Source of the DNA: Desulfobacteraceae bacterium | GTDB lineage: Bacteria; Desulfobacterota; Desulfobacteria; Desulfobacterales; ETH-SRB1 | Reading direction: 5' to 3' | DNA length: 49,887 nucleotides | Assembly (NCBI GenBank): GCA_014237365.1 | Contig: JABZFQ010000206.1 | Coordinates: forward strand, 1 to 49,887 | Shown: positions 44,904-49,887 of the stretch, in pieces | Layout: every line of letters starts with the position of its first letter | Position numbering within the stretch: position 1 is the stretch's first letter | Made by a program: the position numbers and the translations under genes | The notes under the pieces: model-generated | Databases searched by the model: none | Told to the model about the DNA's origin: nothing | What the model saw: only the letters and a program-made list of their open reading frames with translations

Positions 44904-46109
44904 ATGATGTTTGCTATTAATGGAAAATTGTTTAATAAAATAAGTGTATTCTTTATTGCAATATCAGTAAGTTGTTTGTTCCAGACCGATGTATATGGAG
45001 GGAAAAAAACAATGGCTTCATTATATGAACTTGATAGAACAAGTGTCCCTGTTATACAACCACAAATATTTCCATTAAAAGAAGATATTTATCATATATT
45101 TGCTGTTCCTGAATATAATGCAATAGGAACTAATGATTTAGATAATGCTATAACTCTTCTAAGATTTCAAAAAGACAAAATTCAGTATGATTTAAGGGCA
45201 AAAAATTTTTTAAAGCAAGTCAGTGGGGGTGGACTTAGATTTCTTCCTGTGTTCTCAAAAAATACGATAGGATATGCACAAACAAGACGATTTGTTTTAT
45301 TTAATATAAAAAAAAATACTCATAAAAGGTATACAATTAGTAAAGATATGTCTGACTACCCAGAAAAGGTAGCTATAATTGATGCCAAAAAGAAACATTT
45401 TCTTATTGAAATAACACATTATAAAAGTGATTACGATGACAGTTGTGACAGGATTCTTCAATTAATTGATTTTGGCTCAGAAAAGGAGAAGGTTTTATCA
45501 AGTGTTAAGCTTGGGGAAAGAGACCTGTGGACAGTATTGGACAAGACAATCTTTGTGTATTTTCGCAATAACCTTAGAGCAATGAACATAAATTTTGAAC
45601 CAATAGAGCATCCTTTTGTTTCTCTTTTTAATAATAAAAAAGAAACATTCGGATTTTTAACTCAATTAAAGATGCATCCTTCATTGCCGTTTGCTGTATT
45701 TGTTGAGCTCAAGGGCAAAAGGTACAAAAGCACGCTATGTATGGCATCATGGGCTAAGAATACTTCTGATAAGGATCAGCCCTTTATAACTAAACTCGTA
45801 ACTTGTAAGGCTTATAATCTTGAATATTCACCAGATGGGAAATGGTTGATTTTTAAGGATTCAACTCATAAACCGGCCAAATATTACCTAATGTCTGTGG
45901 ACCCGGAACTTCCTTATTTTCTTGGCGAGCCAATGTTGCTTGGAGAGGTTGATCAAAGATTTTCATCGGCATGGATTTCTAACCCTTTAAGTTTTGTTGT
46001 ATCGGAGCTTGATAAACTTATCAAATGGGATATTACAAGTTTATATGGACGTATGCTGTTAAAAAAGTTTCAAAAGCAAGAGCAGAAGATACAAAAAAAT
46101 GCGGAGTAG
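44904..46109 (+). CDS. Exported hypothetical protein; candidate cognate immunity protein
   Basis: 401 aa. The N-terminal hydrophobic signal is ISVFFIAISVSCLF. It begins 22 nt after the effector stop. No family was recognised. Confidence 0.45.
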   Translation: MMFAINGKLFNKISVFFIAISVSCLFQTDVYGGKKTMASLYELDRTSVPVIQPQIFPLKEDIYHIFAVPEYNAIGTNDLDNAITLLRFQKDKIQYDLRAKNFLKQVSGGGLRFLPVFSKNTIGYAQTRRFVLFNIKKNTHKRYTISKDMSDYPEKVAIIDAKKKHFLIEITHYKSDYDDSCDRILQLIDFGSEKEKVLSSVKLGERDLWTVLDKTIFVYFRNNLRAMNINFEPIEHPFVSLFNNKKETFGFLTQLKMHPSLPFAVFVELKGKRYKSTLCMASWAKNTSDKDQPFITKLVTCKAYNLEYSPDGKWLIFKDSTHKPAKYYLMSVDPELPYFLGEPMLLGEVDQRFSSAWISNPLSFVVSELDKLIKWDITSLYGRMLLKKFQKQEQKIQKNAE

Positions 46110-46264
46110 AAAAACAAAGGCAGTAACTGAGGCAATTACTGAAAATTATAAACAATGTAGTAATTTACTATATGAAAAGATGAAGCTCAGTTGATCAATT
46201 ATCTTAAAACAACTTGATTGAGAGAGGAATTTTCGAAACAATAGTCTTTGGTCAAATACAAATT

Positions 46265-48583
46265 ATGACACTATTCGGATCGGCCGGTGAGGTCAGATTT
46301 TTATTTCAGATAGCAGAAATTGATTTGCGTGTTGTGGACTTCACAGCAGCCGAAACTATTTCCTCGCCATATAATGTCGATCTCACCCTGGCCTCGGAAG
46401 ATGAAATTGATTTCAATGATATGATCGGGAAAAAAGCTTTGCTGATCATCATAGGTGATGAAGAAAACCGGTATTTCCATGGGGTAATCAATAAGTTCAC
46501 ACAGGGAGGCAACAGGGGTCGTTTTTATCTTTATGCGGCAACCATGGTACCGTTTGTCTGTTTTCTTTCTTTTATGCAAGACCTGCGCATTTTTCAAAAC
46601 AAGAAAGTCCCTGATATTGTTGAGCAGATTCTCAAGGATGGTGGTATTACCACTGATTGTTTTGAATTTAGACTGCAAGGTCAGTATCAAGAAAGAGAAT
46701 ACTGCGTGCAATACCGTGAAACCAATCTGGATTTCATATCACGTCTCCTTGAGGAAGAGGGGATTTTCTATTTTTTTGAGCATACTCACGACAATTATCT
46801 CATGGTCTTCGGAGACGGCATGGTGAACTATCAGCCGATTGCCGGAAAAGCGGATATTGTGTTTCACCTTCCCGATGCTATGGTGGCCGAAAAAGAGTAT
46901 GTACACAGATTTAACCTCTCACAGCAGATCCGGTCCGGCAAGGTTACTCTAAGAGATTTTAATTTTAAAAAACCCTCTCTTGATTTAACCTCCCAAAAGG
47001 AGGCCGACTCTTTTCAAAAGTTAGAAGTATACGATTATCCGGGGGAATACTCTGATGAGGGCACAGGAAAAAATCTATCCCTGGTTCGTCTTCAAGAAGC
47101 CGTGGTTTTTAAAGACCAGGCAGAAGGGCAAAGTCTCTGCTCTTGCTTTATCCCCTGTTTTACATTCAATATGACCGGACATGAACGCGACGATTTCAAC
47201 CAGGAATATCTTCTTGTCGATGTGAATCACACAGGCTCACAACCCCAGGTGCTTGAGGAGCAGGCCGGTTCCGATCTTGAGTTCAGTTATTCAAACGGTT
47301 TTCTTGTTATCCCTTCTTCGGTGAATTTCAGGCCGCTAAGAAAAACAGCAAAGCCGGTTGTGGAAGGAGTTCAGACCGCCATAGTAGTAGGTCCAAGCAG
47401 TGAAGAGATCTACACTGACGAATACGGCCGGGTTAAAGTCCAGTTTCACTGGGACCGGGAAGGGAAAAAAGATGAAAAAAGCTCCTGCTGGATTCGCGTA
47501 TCAAGCGATTTTGCAGGCGCAGAGCACGGCTGCATATTCACACCCCGTATCGGCCAGGAAGTAATAGTCCGCTTTCTGGAAGGCGATCCTGATCAGCCGA
47601 TTATCACAGGACGTGTTTATAATGCCGCTACTATGCCCCCTTACACCCTTCCGGATAAAAAGACCAAAAGCGCTATCAAGACCAACAGTTCTTTTGGAGG
47701 AGACGGCTTCAACGAAATCCGGTTTGAAGACGCCAAGGGTGATGAAGAGATATTTGTCCATGCGGAAAAAGAGATGAATATTCGGGTCAAAAATAATCGC
47801 AGAGAGTGGATAGGCAATGACCGGCATTTGTTTGTCTATCTGGATGAACAGGACGGCGGAGATAGCGGGAACAAGTTTGAACTGGTGGAGCGGGACAAAC
47901 ATGTTATTGTAAGGCGTGACTCCATAGAGGAGATTCAAGGGGATAGTCACTTGAATATCAAAGGAAAAAAGGCCGTCGAAGTGACCGGATCACACTCTGT
48001 CACCGTGCATGACGATATGATCGAAGTCTTTGACAAAAATCACAGCATGGAGGTTGCCCAGGACTATTATACCAAAGGGATGAACGTAGTAATTGAGGCC
48101 AAGACAGGTCTGACCATCAATGTGGGCGGTAATTTTATTACCATTGATTCCAGTGGAGTTACCATATCCGGTTCAAGTGTAAACTTCAACGAAGGCGGAT
48201 CAGCTCTTTCAGGAAGCGCGGGCAGCTCAGTGGCCCCTTTGGCGCCACTCGAAGCGGAAGCCGCAGGCTCGGCATCGCCTGGCATGGATCCGAAGGAGGA
48301 AGCCGCTCAGAATGCCCCCTGGCACCAAGAGCATCCAAAGCCGGAAAAGTTTACTATCAAAGACGGCCAGGCTGCACCCGAAAAGAAGTCGTGGATCGAG
48401 ATCGAGCTGGTCGATGAAGACGATCAACCCATAGCCGGCGAGCGCTACCGGATCACACTGCCGGATGGTACAACAATAGCCCAGGGCACCACCGGTTCGG
48501 ATGGTGTGGCAAGAGTTAGCGGGATTGATCCGGGGACGTGTAAAGTTACGTTTCCGGATTTGGATGAGAGCCTATTTCAGTAG
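46265..48583 (+). CDS. vgrG: T6SS spike protein VgrG with C-terminal transthyretin/CarboxypepD_reg-like extension
   Basis: The ORF track starts at 46214 (TTG); the ATG at 46265 is preferred. gp27/gp44-like motifs are RYFHGVI, VQYRETNLDFISRLLEEEGIFYFF, GVQTAIVVGP, DEYGRVKVQFHWDR and GQEVIVRFLEGDPDQPIITG. The C-terminus is IELVDEDDQPIAGERYRITLPDGTTIAQGTTGSDGVARVSGIDPGTCKVTF. Confidence 0.9.
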   Translation: MTLFGSAGEVRFLFQIAEIDLRVVDFTAAETISSPYNVDLTLASEDEIDFNDMIGKKALLIIIGDEENRYFHGVINKFTQGGNRGRFYLYAATMVPFVCFLSFMQDLRIFQNKKVPDIVEQILKDGGITTDCFEFRLQGQYQEREYCVQYRETNLDFISRLLEEEGIFYFFEHTHDNYLMVFGDGMVNYQPIAGKADIVFHLPDAMVAEKEYVHRFNLSQQIRSGKVTLRDFNFKKPSLDLTSQKEADSFQKLEVYDYPGEYSDEGTGKNLSLVRLQEAVVFKDQAEGQSLCSCFIPCFTFNMTGHERDDFNQEYLLVDVNHTGSQPQVLEEQAGSDLEFSYSNGFLVIPSSVNFRPLRKTAKPVVEGVQTAIVVGPSSEEIYTDEYGRVKVQFHWDREGKKDEKSSCWIRVSSDFAGAEHGCIFTPRIGQEVIVRFLEGDPDQPIITGRVYNAATMPPYTLPDKKTKSAIKTNSSFGGDGFNEIRFEDAKGDEEIFVHAEKEMNIRVKNNRREWIGNDRHLFVYLDEQDGGDSGNKFELVERDKHVIVRRDSIEEIQGDSHLNIKGKKAVEVTGSHSVTVHDDMIEVFDKNHSMEVAQDYYTKGMNVVIEAKTGLTINVGGNFITIDSSGVTISGSSVNFNEGGSALSGSAGSSVAPLAPLEAEAAGSASPGMDPKEEAAQNAPWHQEHPKPEKFTIKDGQAAPEKKSWIEIELVDEDDQPIAGERYRITLPDGTTIAQGTTGSDGVARVSGIDPGTCKVTFPDLDESLFQ

Positions 48584-48657
48584 GCCATGTACACATGGTT
48601 CGTGCCCTTCCAACAGGCCTTTTGGGTCGCGCTTAGTCGCCTACTGAAATAGGCTCT
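48567..48657 (-). mobile_element. 91-bp REP/MITE-like element (family 3), inverted relative to 33768-33858; supplies the vgrG stop codon
   Basis: It has the same 19-bp terminal repeats, and its core is the reverse complement of the first copy's core. The last vgrG codons and the stop (…CTA TTT CAG TAG) lie inside the left terminal repeat. Confidence 0.8.
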
Positions 48658-48724
48658 AAGGATTCCTTGAAAAAAATCTGTAGCGGATAATTGAAATCTG
48701 AAAATTTATTGATAGATTGTGGGT

Positions 48725-49357
48725 ATGAGCAAAATACATATAGTGAAACAGGGTGATACTTTATCCAAATTGGCAAAAAAATACGGTTTTAACAATTGGC
48801 GTAAGATCTATGATCATTCGGATAATGCCGAGTTGCGTCAAAAAAGGACAAATCCCAATATTCTATACCCGGGAGATAAGGTTTTTATTCCCGATAAAAC
48901 TTTGATGGATGAGTCTGATGAAACCGAGAAACGTCATACCTTTCGTATTAAGAAAGATAAATTATGGCTTCGCATTTTTCTGAAAGGCTTTTGTGATGAC
49001 CAACAGTTTTCCGGCAAACCTTATCGGTTGCGTGTTAAAAATCAAATTTTTGAAGGCACGACAGATAGTGATGGTATGTTGGAACACGAAATTCCTTCGG
49101 GAACAAATACCGGCATGTTAATTATCGAAGACAAAGAATATTCGTTGAAAATCGGACATCTTGATCCGATTGATACCGTGACCGGCTGGCAGGCAAGGTT
49201 GAACAATTTGGGGTATAACGCAGGAAAGGTGAATGGAAAATCAAATAATCAGACGTTTAGCGCTATTGAAGAATTTCAGTGCGATCATGATTTGAAAGTA
49301 GACGGGATAGCGGGCTCTAATACGCAGACCAAACTGGAAGAAGTTCACGGGTGTTGA
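48725..49357 (+). CDS. LysM + PG_binding_1 domain protein
   Basis: The ORF track starts at 48719 (GTG); the ATG at 48725 is preferred. The LysM segment is HIVKQGDTLSKLAKKYGF...GDKVFIP. The C-terminal segment is LGYNAGKVNGKSNNQTFSAIEEFQCDHDLKVDGIAGSNTQTKL. Confidence 0.75.
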   Translation: MSKIHIVKQGDTLSKLAKKYGFNNWRKIYDHSDNAELRQKRTNPNILYPGDKVFIPDKTLMDESDETEKRHTFRIKKDKLWLRIFLKGFCDDQQFSGKPYRLRVKNQIFEGTTDSDGMLEHEIPSGTNTGMLIIEDKEYSLKIGHLDPIDTVTGWQARLNNLGYNAGKVNGKSNNQTFSAIEEFQCDHDLKVDGIAGSNTQTKLEEVHGC

Positions 49358-49512
49358 AGAACCCTATATTTAGCAGTTTGAGACCAAAATATGCCGAATG
49401 ACGATAAAAAAAAGATAATTCAAAGTAAACATTTTGTTGCGTCGACAACAGAGAGCGATGGTCCTCAAAATATAATCAAGGATAAAATTCAGATTACTGC
49501 GTGTTGGAAAGT
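49312..49512 (+). repeat. Right copy of the roughly 200-bp direct repeat
   Basis: See 42266-42462. The offset is 7046-7050 bp. Confidence 0.9.
49391..49511 (+). pseudogene. Truncated second copy of the effector gene (first about 41 codons), cut by MITE-1
   Basis: MPNDDKKKIIQSKHFVASTTESDGPQNIIKDKIQITACWKV is identical to the 42341 gene except for one residue. The reading frame then enters the MITE-1 terminal repeat. Confidence 0.8.
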
Positions 49513-49697
49513 TAGGAACGTGGACGAATTAACTTCCCCAAGTAGGCGCACAGATTTGGGTCGCCTTTGTTTGATCTCAGATCACAAAAGTTGATGGAAT
49601 AGCGAGCTATTTCAATATTTTTGTGATCCGAGATCAAACAAAGGCGACCTGAAGCTGTGATGCGTAGTTGGAAAAGTTATTTCGTCCCCCGTTCCTT
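49512..49697 (-). mobile_element. MITE-1 copy flanked by TTA/TTA
   Basis: TTA GGAACGTGGACGAATTAACTTCCCCAAGTAGGCGCACAGATTTGGG ... TTGGAAAAGTTATTTCGTCCCCCGTTCC TTA. Confidence 0.85.
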
Positions 49698-49887
49698 AAG
49701 TGTTTTTGAATTTGATATGAGTGTAACCAAAATAGAACAAAGTTATTGATTTTCGGGGATGGTTCCCAGCTCTGTGATATATGCGAGATATTGGTGAAAT
49801 GTGCAAAACGATTCGAACCTCCGGAAAATCCGGCCCAATGTATTCGGCAATATCCCGTAGGGGCAGGCCCCTGTGCCTGCCCTGATA

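Noticed and set aside
1-49887. Search for rRNA, tRNA, CRISPR arrays, integrases or recombinases, reverse transcriptases and intact transposases
   Set aside because: None was recognised by eye. Only transposase remnants (IS91 tail, RayT-like fragment) were found. A covariance-model scan would be needed to exclude small RNAs.

Overview
This is a chromosomal segment from a Gram-negative bacterium with moderately low GC, possibly a Desulfobacterota-like organism (weak guess). No rRNA, tRNA or CRISPR array was seen. All repeat coordinates were hand-counted and may be off by about 2 nt.

Layout:
- 1-2520: tssM (partial), tssL and tssK on the minus strand.
- 2594-10066: a roughly 7.5 kb insert that splits tssK from tssJ. 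It is bounded by two unrelated MITE-like elements. It carries a five-gene, translationally coupled operon: DndC, DndD, a DndE-like::FtsK-ATPase fusion, an ABC-type ATPase, and a DUF4435/PARIS-AriB-like protein. This operon is my best candidate for an undescribed defence system.
- 10355-23365: tssJ and a T6SS threonine-phosphorylation style regulatory region. It holds a Ser/Thr kinase with a TM-bounded sensor, a sensor paralog, a Cys-rich 662-aa unknown, a double-FHA protein, a PP2C phosphatase, and LysM/TPR and deacetylase proteins. Mobile debris is scattered through it.
- 23366-24420: a non-coding, foldback-rich region.
- 24441-33583: housekeeping genes. These are a secreted beta-helix protein, a plsY broken by a perfect 26-bp tandem duplication, an IspH::UbiA-like fusion, CooT, DUF3842, an NYN protein, parB, parA and an M48-TPR protease.
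- 33768-35880: a decayed DUF1156-like methylase carrying nested MITEs, followed by a SAM methyltransferase.
- 35988-41689: a BMP-family ABC transporter and a Tsx-like porin.
- 42072-49697: a vgrG island (effector, putative immunity, vgrG, LysM/PG-binding protein) bracketed by roughly 200-bp direct repeats 7.05 kb apart. An IS91 remnant and MITE-1 ends lie at its edges.

At least five foldback (MITE-like) families and a class of intergenic heptanucleotide tandem repeats run through the window.
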